This document shows, piece by piece, positions 13,251 to 25,730 of a stretch of DNA of 64,000 bases. Positions within the stretch are counted from its first letter, which is position 1; each line of letters opens with the position of its first letter. A program made the translations under genes and the position numbers. The notes under the pieces are model-generated. The model was given only the letters and a program-made list of their open reading frames with translations, did no database searches and was not told the origin of the DNA. Origin of the DNA: Octopus sinensis (lineage: Eukaryota); the NCBI RefSeq assembly GCF_006345805.1, contig NC_043000.1:136586001-136650000 (forward strand). The letters run 5' to 3'.

Positions 13251-13929
13251 GTGTTAATTAACTGCTATGTCTGAAGGTACAGTGAGATTTTTAATTTTCA
13301 ATAGATCGTATTTGATAATTAAAGTTCAATAGGAATTTCTAAGAAAATTATATACTAGTTATGAAATAAATTGCCAATTATGTTGAGAATTCATTTTCTG
13401 TGTCTAATTTTGATCTAGGAATCTTCTGAGAGATTCTAACAGGTCAATTATTGGCGGCGTGATTGATTGATAAAAATCAGTAAATAACAATGCAATACTT
13501 TGGAATTTAAATTTCATATTATTTTTCCTGTTATATTAACTTTCATTCATATTTCTTTAAGGAATTCTTGCTTTGAGATTATCAAAACTAAATGTAGAAA
13601 TAGATGTATTTTATGTATTTATTTATTTATTTATTTATTTCAATTTGTGCTCACTAAGGGTAATAGGGTAATAGTTATCGCTTGAAGCTCAGAAAAAGAT
13701 TTGGATGATAAACTAGTTATGAATTGGAAAACAAACTACTAAAATAATGAGAAAATGCTGCTATGCACAGTAGCAAGTGAGGAAAACTGGACACAGTTGT
13801 TTGACTTGCCAGAAATAGCATCAAAATCTATCTCCAGTCACCTCCTGGTGTCTTAAAACAGGAAAAGACCCACTGAATAATGTAATCCAAGATAAATTTC
13901 TTGAAGTTGGTTATGGTTTGGACGTCAAT

Positions 13930-14390
13930 TACTGGCATCCGTGCTAGTGGAGCGCTAAGAGTACCATACAAGTGAGATCATTGCCAGAGCAACAAGCTGG
14001 CTTTTGTGCTGATGGCATGTAAAAAACACCATTCGAGTGTGATTGTTACCTGCGTCGCCTTACTGGCACTTGTGCTGGTGGCACATGAAAAAACATTCGA
14101 GCGAGGTCGTTGCCAATGCCGCTGGACTGGCTCCTGTGCAGGTTGCACATAAAAAGCACCATTTGAGCATGGCCGTTGCCAGTACTGGCTAACTGGCCCT
14201 CATGCCAGTGGCACATAAAAGCACCCACTACACTCTTGGAGTGGTTGGTGTCAGGAAGGGCATCCAGCTGTAGAAACTCTGCCAGATCAGACTGGAGCCT
14301 GGTGCAGCCATTTAGTTCGCCAGACCACAGTCAAATCGTCCAACCCATGGAAAGCAGACGTTAAACGATGATGATGATGATGATGATGAT
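13930..14390 (+). mobile_element. SINE-like family B, long copy with five ~65-bp subunits
   Basis: gtggcacntaaaaagcacc-type motifs at 13946, 14011, 14077, 14141 and 14207; tail ggaagggcatccagctgtagaaac..gacgttaaac(gat)n. Confidence 0.92.
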
Positions 14391-14439
14391 CTTTGACTGC
14401 AGAAAGCTGGGCTGAAATGTTCAAAGGCTGACTATGAAG

Positions 14440-15674
14440 GTGTGATGCTGAGCTATGAAAACTTGCATGCATTAATTTTTACTCTTCTCAATAATAAACA
14501 CATTGTTTCTTTCCAGGTAAACTGACATTTTATTTTTCAAAAACCACTTCAAAAGTATCTAGTAGTGACTTCTCTTGAAAATGGACAAAATTTGCCATCA
14601 TGGTGTTATCAAGTATCTGCAGAAAATGGGTTTAGCTCCCAAAGACATTCTTACTAGCATGGTCGTTACATTAGGGGATAATATTCCAGCTTTATCAGCA
14701 GTGTGAAATTGGGTAGCTAAATTTAGGAGAAGAAGAGTGAATCTTGAAGATGATCCAATGTCTGGATGTCCTACAACTACCACCACCAAGGAAATATTGA
14801 TCATGTTTACTACGTTGGGATGAATGACAGGTGATTGACTATAAATACAATAGCCAATGCTATTAGCATATCCCATGAAAGCATTGAGAATATTCTGCAC
14901 ATTGAACTTGGCATGATGAAGGTTTCTTCTTGGGATGGAGGCACCATGTCTTCTGATCCCTGATCAAAAGGGCACTAGGCTGATCACATCATGGGAAAAT
15001 CTGACGCTGTTTGAGGCAGATCCAGCTGGTTTCTTTGAATGCTTCCTAACCTAAGATGAGTGTTGGGTTCATTATTTTGAGCCAGAATCAAAGAGACAAT
15101 CCATTCAATGAAAATATTCCTTCTCACCAGCTCCAATGAAGGCCAAGGTCATTTCATCTGCAGTTTTGGGGGATGCAAAAGACATTGTTTATTTTGGCTA
15201 TCTTCAAAAGGACCATGCTATCAATGGAGAGTACTATGCCAACTTGCTGAGGCATTTAAGAAAGGCTACAAAGACCAAATGCCCAGGCACACTGACAAAA
15301 GGTGTCTTGTTTCATTAGGGCAATGTTCCATCACACAAATCCTTGGTTTTAATGACTGTGGTGCATGACTGTGGTTTTGAACTGGTTGACCACCCTTCCT
15401 ATTCTGATTTCACCCCATCTGATTATCTGTACCCCAACATGAGAAGCATTTGGCCAGGAATCAGTACCACAAAGATGATGATAATATATCGGCAGCTGAT
15501 GACTTTTTTGACCTACAAGATGAAAGCTTCTTCACCAATCGAGTTGAAGTACTGCAGCACTGATATAAGAAGTGTGTGGGGTGCAAGGGGGACTTTATTG
15601 CAAAATAAACCTCATTTGGTCACTTTCCATGAGAGAATCTTGGTTAGCCTGTGAACTTTTCACCTGACCCTTGT
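14440..15674 (+). mobile_element. Decayed mariner (Tc1/mariner) transposon; transposase pseudogene ~14581-15608
   Basis: MDKICHHGVIKYL..WVAKFRR..LEDDPMSGCP (HTH region), DECWVHYFEPESKRQS, INGEYYANLL, VDHPSYSDFTPSDY (YSPDLAPSD motif), KKCVGCKGDFIAK*; TIR-like end gaacttttcacctgacccttgt. The 5' boundary is approximate. Confidence 0.92.
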
Positions 15675-16457
15675 GGATTTGTTTAATTAAAACTGACCAG
15701 GAGTTAAGCAACAACAACAGCAATAACCACCACAGCTCTTAGATTTTGAGGAGGTGAAACAAAAGTTATATTTTTACCTTTCATTCACGAATAAGGAAAC
15801 AACGTTCTAAGGAAGTAGAGTCAAAGTTCTTGACAGGGCATTTGTGGCAGTAAGCTAAATTAAAACAAATATATTATTGTTATAATGAAATGCTGCAGTT
15901 CTGGGTTAGAATACTTTAAAGAAAATGCCAGAATTGGTAGAAAGTAAGGCAAGAAAGAGATGCTGAAAGGGATGTGTGGACCAAAACAGAAATGATGTAC
16001 ATTGATGTAGTTTCAGAACAGTACAGTTTGCCATCATTCATACAATATGAATGAAAGTATGGTAACATGTACCATACTTTCATTATTGTGTCTATTTACT
16101 CATAGGCAGATATCCTCTCAGCCCTGTCACCTTTGATCAAGTGGAATATCCAGGACATGGCAGTTGGAAGGAGAGAGGAAAGTACCAGCATCTGGCTGAT
16201 AAACATTTTGAACTAAGTACACTGGAGCAACATGATGTAAAGTACCATTTTGAAGGCCACAACTCACTGCTCTTGTGATCTTGAGCTAAACATCCTAACT
16301 GCTAGACCATGCAACCAGAAACCCTTATAGTTAGAAATAGAAAAGGCAGAGATAAGTTTGGTTTCAAGACATTCCAGAAGGTTCGTGTATGTTACAACAG
16401 CATGACCCAAGTTATGAGGTTTACATGCTGCACATACACACGCACACACATACACAT

Positions 16458-16502
<45 letters not shown>

Positions 16503-16702
16503 CACACACACAAACACTGAGCCCTTGGATCATTTTTGTGACATATTCAATTATAAGATGCAGTAATCAGGCAGAGATTTCAAGAAAGGATGATCCAACA
16601 GCACAATACAAACTTTGGAGAGTTGCAATTATTTTACCTGATTAGTATTCATAATATTTCCTTACTTCTACATTTTCCTTATCTTTGTAACAGTTAACAA
16701 TA

Positions 16703-16990
16703 TCATCATCATCGTCATCATCATCATCATCGTTTAACGCCCGCTTTCTATGCTACCATGGTTTGGACGATTTGACTGAGGTCTGGCGAATCAGATGGCT
16801 GCACCAGACTCCAATCTTGATCTGACAGAGTTTCTACAGCTGGATGTCCTTCCTAACGCCAACCACTCCGAGAGTGTAGTGGGTGCTTTTTACGTGCCAC
16901 TGGCACGAGGAGCCAGTCAGGTGGTACTGGCAACGGCCACGGTCAAATGGTGCTTTTTATGTACCAGCAGCACTGGCAACGACCTTGCTC
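16703..16990 (-). mobile_element. SINE-like family B
   Basis: Same tail and subunits as the other B copies. Confidence 0.9.
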
Positions 16991-17015
16991 ATATTATTCT
17001 TTTTGCTATAACCAA

Positions 17016-17141
17016 CCATCATCATCATCATCATCATCATCATCACCATCATCATCATCACCACCATCACCATCACCATCATCATCATCATCACCATCAC
17101 CATCATCATCATCCTCATCATCATCATCATCATCGTCGTCG

Positions 17142-17172
<31 letters not shown>

Positions 17173-17187
17173 CATCATCACCATCAC

Positions 17188-17218
<31 letters not shown>

Positions 17219-17403
17219 GTCATCATCATCATCGTCATCGTCATCCTCATCATCACCATCACCATCATCATCATCATCATCATCATCATCGTCATCGTCG
17301 TCATCATCATCGTCGTCATCATCATCATCATCACCATCACCATCACCATCACCATCATCATCATCATCATCATCGTCGTCATCATCATCATCATCATCAT
17401 CAT
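17016..17403. repeat. Long imperfect (CAT)n trinucleotide array
   Basis: ~390 bp of cat/cac/cgt/cct triplets; source of the poly-H, poly-S and poly-M ORFs. Confidence 0.97.
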
Positions 17404-18210
17404 TAATATCTTGTTCTCTCTTTACCTCCTCTTTCTCATTACTTTATTCATTATTATTAATTTTTCATTGCCATCAGTCTCCTCATTCTCATAGTCATCA
17501 TCATCATCACTCACTCACCACCACCACCACCACCACAACCAACACATTGTCATCACCACTATCAACACCACCACCACCACCACCACTGCTGCCATTGTCG
17601 TGCCACTACCAACCACACATACACACACACAACACACACACACACACACCACCACCACCACTGCCACCATTATCTCTGTAAACATTGGTGCTGGCCCCGG
17701 TGTCAGCCTCATCATCATGGTTGTCTTCATCGTTATCATTATATTCCTCAAATTCCTCATATTCATATATTTCCATTGTCCTTATCAGTGTCATTCGATT
17801 TAAAAGCCAAAACAAAACATGGTGATTTATGATAAGTATTAAAACTATCTATTTGTTTTGTTTATTGTTTGTTTTTTTGCCAATCAGTTTTAATTTATTT
17901 GATTTAGTAGCCTTATTGAATGGTGAGATAAAATTTATAGAAACTGAACATTTTGCTCTAAATGTACATATTACTATGAAATTCAAATATTCTGTCTGTA
18001 TGTATGTTTAACTCTTACTATACAAAGTTTATGTTAAATAGCTATACAAGCATATAGGCAACACACACACCTTCTTTGAAGTCACTGTTAATACTACTAT
18101 TGTTAAAAGTAAATTTGTACTCTACAAAAAGTATTGAGTAATCTTTCAGTTTAATATAAAATAGTATAGTTTTTAATGTAACTTAACATAAAAACAAACA
18201 TTGATATAAG

Positions 18211-18314
<104 letters not shown>

Positions 18315-18330
18315 CATCTATCTATCTATC

Positions 18331-18505
18331 TTTATTTTGTTTTGTTTTTGTTCTTTTCTTCCCTTTTACGATCCCTCTTGATCGAAAACCTACGCCACCC
18401 CCTTTTTTTTTCTTTTGTTTTTTGTTCTCTTCATCTCCCAAAAGAAAAGCTCTACCTTGTAACTTGTCCCATCTGTGTGCAGCCCTGTGTGGCCAATAAA
18501 GAAAC
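18331..18505 (+). mobile_element. LINE-like 3'UTR fragment (Tx1/L1-like) inside a (TATC)n array
   Basis: T-rich UTR ending ttgtcccatctgtgtgcagccctgtgtggccAATAAAgaaac, flanked by (TATC)n at 18210-18330 and 18507-18560. No coding sequence, so the clade is inferred. Confidence 0.55.
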
Positions 18506-18529
18506 TTATCTATCTATCTATCTATCTAC

Positions 18530-18561
<32 letters not shown>

Positions 18562-18754
18562 AAATATTTAAGTATATGTTCATATATATATATTCATATG
18601 TAAAGCTGTGTGCATCTATCTATATAATTATGTATATTTGTGCATATGCATATATGCCTATATATGTATGAATGTATGTATGTATCTATAGATAGATATG
18701 GATATAGATAAACACACATACACACACATATATATATATCTGTTTCTCTCTCTC

Positions 18755-18860
<106 letters not shown>

Positions 18861-19477
18861 TACATATGTTTTAAAACAAATATATTTAAATCAAATTTCT
18901 TTGTGTGAAAAACGTCTGGAAAAATCATTTGGGATTTGTTCACAAATGATTTGAACATTGTAAACTGGTTATTATCTGTTAGAGTTTATTTTCATACAAA
19001 ATATTTTTAGCTTCACCTTGTAACTATTTCAATAATATTGCCATACGGAGAAGGTCTTATAATACATTTGTGTAAATACTGACATGAAGTGAATAGCCAA
19101 TAGTATTATTTTGGTCAAATTTTGGTCTATTTTTTTCAGAATGAATGCTTATGCTGCTCTCAATGTAAAACAAATGACAATACTTACTCCCAATTTTAAA
19201 TGAGATACCTTGTCTAGAAGTCATTTCTTCTGTTGCAACGAAGACTATGTACATACATACATACATACATACATACATGCATACATATATATATATATAT
19301 ACCTATATACATAAAATATATATATATGTATGTATATATATATATATATATACATACATACATACATACATACATAAATATATATATGTATGTATATATA
19401 TCATCATCATCATCATCATCATCATCATCGTTTAACGTCCGCTTTCCATATATATATATATATATGTATATGATAAT

Positions 19478-20112
19478 AATATTAGGGAGTAAATCCAAAC
19501 TTACAGGGAAAAATTAGATTTAGGATTAAATCTAATTTTATAGTATAAATATATGTATATATATTATATTAAATTAGAGATAAAATCACTATTAGGCAAA
19601 TCAAACAGTGAAAATCATAAACCAAATACATAGAAATAAACTTAATTAATAAAAAATATATAAAATATAAAATTCAAAATTAAAATATTTAAATTAAATT
19701 TAAAATCTTAAAAATTATTTAAATTAATAATTTAAACTTATAAATTTTAAATATATATATATATATATACACACATATATATATTTTATTATTATTTTAT
19801 TCATTTATTTATTTATCTATTTTTTTATTTTATTTTTTTATTTTTTGATATAACTATCAAAAAGTATTAAAAGTTTAATATAAGATAAAGATATATATAT
19901 ATATAGCAAATAAGAAAATGGAGGAGAATAATAGGTGGTTCATCAACTTTTAGATATTAAATTATGTTAACTTATTTATTTATTTACTAAACTGATAATT
20001 ACAATAACATTTTATTCTTTACATATATGATATAAGATATAAAATATAGTAATATATAAGATACCAGTAATTATTATAAAAACATGAAAATAAATTGGTA
20101 AAATCTTACAGC
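19478..20112 (-). repeat. Very AT-rich segment bounded by (TA)n-rich tracts, possibly Penelope-related
   Basis: Right end reads gctgtaagat on the minus strand, like the ctgtaagac end of the hammerhead module at 50891; otherwise low complexity. Confidence 0.3.
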
Positions 20113-20379
20113 GCACATATATATACATATATACATATATACATACTAACAGAAATAACAGGCATTGCCTGGGTTAAAGAGAATAATGAAATTGAAAAAC
20201 ACCTAGATTATACAGGTCTCAACTTCTAGTAGCTGAAATACCAACTGTCTACATTAATAATTCTCCAACCCATGTCAGCATAGAACATAGACGTTAAGTG
20301 AAATGTTAAAAGAAAGTTTCAACTCATATATGTGCATAATTCACAAACATGTTTTGTGTAGCTCATTTTGTAACCAAAA

Positions 20380-21541
20380 AGTTAGTAGAGATTATAAACA
20401 ATGAAATTTTGGTGATTCATTTGACGGATGTAGTAGAGAGCCAATCCAATGATAAATCTGACTTTGGATCTTGAAAGTTTTCATGAATCCTGGCTCAGTT
20501 AAATCTCTTGTCACTGCAAATGATGCCATCTGTGGTGCAGTGTTTTAGAAGTGCTTGGAATCTTGGCCAGTTGATGACAATAGTTTCTTCACTGACTTTG
20601 AAGGTTGGGGGATTGCGGGGAGTTTATCCTTCCCACCACTGCAGCTCAGTGCAGGTGTCTCTCCAGGCCACTTCCTTGCTTTACAATGTATGCACTCAGT
20701 TGTCATTGCACCAATGGAAACTCTAGTGTCATCTGCATTATGAACTGCTGGATCATAATCGAAAGCTGCTTCATAGAAGTTGCTTCTCTGAGCTGTTGCA
20801 ACTGCTCTTCGTTATGCAGTGGAGTTCCTATTCTTTGTCAGCCGTGCATATCTCTGTTCATCACTTTAAGATGCTCTGGCTTTTGTAGTGCACAGTCTGC
20901 TCGTTTCTTGGTATGCTTCCCTTTCTGCAGCTGTCTCTCTTTCTCTCGACAAAGGCATTCTTTTGATTTACCTTGAGATTGTAGACAAATTTCACACTTT
21001 CCTTCTAGGCATGGTTATATACACATATACAGAAATACACAGTAGCAGAAGATAGCAAACAATGAAAACAACTGGGTAACGGATATTATATTACTTAATG
21101 CAGTGGGTAGAAAGTAAATAAGAAATTTTTATGGAAAATAAAGAACTGTATGGGTTGAAGTGAAATTTATCAGTAAACCAAAAAGCCAGTATTGAAGGAA
21201 ACAGAAAAAAGCCATTAACAACAGAAAAACACAAAACCGTTGCAAAAGTATAGACGTCACTGACACTAGAAAACTGGAAGTAAATAATTTTAAAAACTTT
21301 CAGATGTGAATCTAATATAAAAATATATATGTTTTATGACTAATGGATGTAAGGGAGAAAATCAATTTCTGAAATTTACTTTGCGAAGAGTTACCTCCAT
21401 TTTCCACATAACCCAGAAACGGGTGTAGTGGGACCCCAGGGGGCCCACTACTCATTATGTGGAAAAATTTTAAGAGTCTAAAACCATCCCTGGAACATAA
21501 GAAATGGAGAAAATCAATTGGAAAATACGGCTGTTATAATC

Positions 21542-21581
<40 letters not shown>

Positions 21582-21599
21582 CAGGATTTCTATTATAGA
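20380..21599 (-). mobile_element. 5' part of an autonomous-type Helitron (5' end plus RepHel N-terminal coding remnant)
   Basis: A|TCTATAATAG 5' end at 21599; minus translation AFDYDP..VSIGAMTTECIHCKARKWPGE..SCSGGKDKLP..SKHF..QMASF..GFMKTFKIQSQIYHWIGSLL..PKF matches the Helitron Rep N-terminus. Confidence 0.88.
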
Positions 21600-21689
21600 T
21601 AAACAGTTTGATTCAAATTCCTTGGTACTTTAAATTTCAAAGCATGATGCTTAGCGGGTTAAACCAGATAATATTCCTCTTAGGGTAAA

Positions 21690-22432
21690 TAAAGGGGGTT
21701 AGGGATCGTCCACATATGTGAGCTTCTCAGTAAACCTGCTCCTAGCCAAAGCGTCATTATAGTGGGAGCAGCCTTATTAAAGATCTATCTCCCTGTTGGC
21801 CAAGAATTTAACCCCACCTCAGTCAACCTAGAATTTTTTACCAAAGTAGCTAGGCACTTCCTGTCATTAATTAAGAAACACTTCCCCAGAAGCCATAAGA
21901 ATTACAAACTCTTCAACCTCCCTCCCATAATGTCAAGGTAAGCTGCTCCTGCTTAGACAACATTACATGTAACACCTTACATGTCAACAGATATAAAAGT
22001 GCACCTGCACAACCCCCAATGCCAACCTGCATCAGCCAAAACCCCACCACCTGCCACCTAGAAGAATCTTGCTTCTCAGGGGCTGTAGCATACAGAGCCA
22101 CCCTTACGCCATCCAATGGCATTACTAGGCACTATATGGGTATGCCAGCCAGTAACTTCAAGGCAAGATTCTCCTAGCACATGCATTCATTCAGATCCAG
22201 AGATTGAAACAATTCTACTTTCCTGTTTCGCTTTCTCTGGAGACCCTGTGACCTTTGAGATGAAATACCCAGCATCAAATGGCCTATTGTTGACAGGCAC
22301 CATATTCATTTGGCGTCCCTAATTGCCAGCTCTGCCACTGCAAAAAGATGCACATCCTCTACAAACCTGCAATATCCATCAACAAGAAATATAATCTATC
22401 CTGTTGATGTCACCAGCGGTATGCCCAACTGA
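21690..22432 (+). mobile_element. Penelope-like element remnant: RT thumb/linker and GIY-YIG endonuclease
   Basis: FNP..VARHFLSLIKKHFPRSHKNYKLFN..NVKVSCSCLDNI; AVAYRAT..HYMGMPASNFKARFS*HMHSFR; KWPIVDR; CQLCHCKKMHIL; frameshifted. Confidence 0.9.
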
Positions 22433-22433
22433 T

Positions 22434-22473
<40 letters not shown>

Positions 22474-22689
22474 AGGACTACAGTAACACTGTGCAGAGGT
22501 ATTTTCTCCTTGAGACTTCAAGGACAATGGATTTTAAAACAAAATGTAAATTTGCATCATTTTAATCTCAGATCATAATTCGTTTGTATATGGTTTGCTT
22601 TAAATCACCAGGTAGATCAGTCTTCTTTAAAGAGTGGATCATTATTGAACAAAGAGACAAGTTTATTTTCATAGGTTATCTGTAGAGGA

Positions 22690-23950
22690 TTGGGCTGTGC
22701 CAATGACCTTTGCAAGACAGTGAAAATGAGGTTAACATTCCTCTTAAATAGAATCAATATAGAGGCTACAGGGAAACCATGGTTAGAGAAGAATTTCTAG
22801 AGAGATGATGTTCTACAGAGGAAGAGCTGAGTACAGTGGTTAGTATCTGCCTTGTAATTGGAAACAATATGAGTTATTCTGGAGTACCTGAGTGGATGTG
22901 TAAAGGGGAAAAATTAAAATGAAAACCAAATCAGATTTGTAGAAATATACAGTATCCATTCAATAAATGTTATCACTCTGAAAGTAAACAGATCCTCAAC
23001 CTCACAAAAATAATGATAGTCACATCTGAAGAGATCAAAGAGTAGTTTATGTTAATTTGCCACAAACAGTTGGATTTCACAAATAGTTGTGGTTTCTCAT
23101 GTTTTTGTTTTGATGCTGTTTTCTTCTTTAAATTAACTGATTATATTTCTGAAGTGGATAAAGAGGTTTTACGAAGAACTTCTTATTTCTTTATTGCCCA
23201 CAAAGGGCTAAACATAGAGGGGACATAAAAAGACAGGCAAAAGGATTAAGTCGATTACATCGACCCCAGTGCATAACTGGTACTTGATTTAACGACCCCG
23301 AAAGGATGAAAGGCAAAGTCAACCTCGGCAGAATTTGCAGACGAAATACCTATTTCTTTACTACCCACAAGGGGCTAAACACAGAGGAGACAAACAAGGA
23401 CAGACAAATGGATTAAGTCGATTACATCGACCCCAGTGCATAACTCGTACTTAATTTATCGATCCTTAAAGGATGAAAGGCAGAATTTGAACTCAGAACG
23501 TAACGGCAGACAAAATACAGCTAAGAATTTCACCCAGTATGCTAGCGTTTCTGCCAGCTCACCACTTTCTGACAGAAGAGATATACTGAGAATACAGATG
23601 TGTGACTGATCAGCATCCAGGATGGAGAGGAACACTGAGGTTAATTTGAGGTTAGCTGATGACTTGGAAAAAAAATGGGAAGAAGATGCTAAATTTCTTG
23701 CTATGCATCTACAGTATCCCTAGGCCTTGAAGTCTGATTGCTTTTGCTTACAGTGTAAGATACTGGAATGAGTAGTGTTCAAAGTATTGAGTAGGTTTTC
23801 TGCTATAACAGGTACCTGCAAACAAAATAAATTAGTATCAGAGTTGATTTGGTGAGATGATGACTGCATCAGTGAAATATATTAATATAACTTTCTGTTT
23901 CCAGTTCATTGAAATTGGATGGCTATTTCAAACAGATATTGCACTGGTTA
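22690..23950 (-). mobile_element. Highly decayed LINE ORF2 C-terminal region (CR1/Jockey group), interrupted by an N-SINE dimer
   Basis: Faint minus-strand similarity to SFFPRTxxLWNxLP..FPxSY..FK near 22730-22850 and to FNxxKT / LxILG near 23620-23920. Confidence 0.4.
23183..23570 (-). mobile_element. SINE family N head-to-tail dimer
   Basis: Two consecutive tail+Nin units (23183 and 23350) sharing one head ending gccagctcaccac. Confidence 0.9.
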
Positions 23951-25497
23951 CTGTGACTCCATATAGTTTTCAGCTATTACCACATAGCAACAACTATTGC
24001 TGATACTCTGTAAAACAAATATATAAACCATGGTTACTCCTCTGATTCCATGTTTTATGTTGTTATTACAAAGATAACCAGGGTAATTTTCATTTAGTTT
24101 GTCATTATTGATTATTTGAATGATAACAACTAATCTAATTTCTGAAATGGTTAAAGAGGAGATAATATAAAAATGGGGGTAAGATTCAATCACAATTATT
24201 TTAGTTTGATTAAGTAAAGAATAAACAGAATGCTTGGTAAGAAAGCCACCTAAGCACATATATAGTGAAAAGAATAAAGACATAGTATGTTCTTGCAAGG
24301 GGGAGCTAGTATATGGAATAAATAATGTAAACAAAACCAACTGGAAGAGAATAATGCTTTGAGCTCCATCAATATATCCATCACACGTCAATGTGTGAAG
24401 AGTATAAAACTGTTGGTTTACTCATCAGGACTGACCTGACACTAAACAACAACATGAAAAAAAATGGTATAGCTACAGGATACCAGTGGAGGTGATATCT
24501 TGTATTATCATGATACACCAGTGCACTATAAAGGTGTTAATATTAAGTTAGAATTCTCACCTTAGCAGATGCTCAAAAAAAGTAGAGTGAAAGGAGGAAA
24601 AAAAAAATTGCCACGGTATTGACAGTGATAGCAATTGTGGTGATGAAAGTGCTGCTGGTGACGGTGATAATGAAAAACAAAAATACTGTGTGAGTAAAAA
24701 GACTGTTGTGGTGTTGGCAGCGAGGACTGGGGTGGTGATAGTATTAATAATGGCAGCAGTGTTAGTATCCCTATTGCTGATAGTGATGATGATAAATAAA
24801 TAAATATAAGGAGTATCTTTGTAATGAAATTTAAAGTTGCTACTCTTTTTACTATATTTTAGATTAATTTTCTTTCTATTTTCTCCTTGCTTCTCTTTCG
24901 GCGATAAAAGATATTCATTGCCAAAAAAATAAATAAATAAATAAATAAAAAATAAAACCTGTTTTCTTCACGTTTCTACTATTGTATAGACTCAGATGGA
25001 CAGCTTGTTAAGCAGCTTTGAAAATGTCTATGGAAGGTTCAATATAATTTGAACTTTACCCCGGATTCTTAGATGACTTTAATCACTGTCAGAGCATCGA
25101 GATTATTGGTTCTTGTTTTGGGAAAAAGCCAAATTTCTAAGCCAATCAAATTGCATTCTAATTTATTGAGTTGTTTATGGGAGTAAACTAAGTTGACTGA
25201 ATGTCTGTCGTTGATCAATGCCTGACGTTACTTGGCACTTCAAATTGTACTTGATTAGCACGGAAATTTGAATGACAAGGAATTTAATGACCAATCAGTT
25301 CCTCAAATCACTTAGAGGGAAAGAGAGAAGAAGAAGAAGAAGAAAGAGGAAGACACATGCAGCGAGAGAACTATTGGAAAAAAAGGAAAGAATAGAGAGA
25401 AAGCAAGACAGTAAAAAGCAAGGAACTGAAAGAGGAAAAATTAAGAAAATGAAAAAAAGAAAAAAAATATATATAATCTTCAAGTGGGAAGAAGATA

Positions 25498-25554
25498 CAA
25501 GAAAGAAAGAAAGAAAGAAAGAAAGAAAAAAGGAAAAAGAAAGGGAGAAAATGA

Positions 25555-25590
<36 letters not shown>

Positions 25591-25622
25591 AAAAAGAAAG
25601 AAAGAAAGAAAGGGAGAAAAAT

Positions 25623-25655
<33 letters not shown>

Positions 25656-25730
25656 AGAAAGGGAGAAAAATGAAGGAAAGAAAGAAAGAAAAAAAGAAAG
25701 AAAGAAAGGGAGAAAAATGAAAGAAAGAAT
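25498..25730. repeat. (GAAA)n array punctuated by agggagaaaaatgaa
   Basis: Direct reading; four punctuating units. Confidence 0.92.

Noticed and set aside
13946-14226. CRISPR-like look of regular boxes with variable intervening segments
   Set aside because: Eukaryotic context, no cas genes, and the 'spacers' resemble each other and recur in many dispersed copies.
16795-17681. Poly-His, poly-Ser and poly-Met ORFs of 148-244 aa
   Set aside because: Antisense SINE sequence reading into a (CAT)n array; open in several frames and on both strands.
24400-24432. Other CTGATGA hits (1911, 5143, 24421 minus, 50221 minus, 56759)
   Set aside because: No properly placed stem II, GAAA box and stem I partner.
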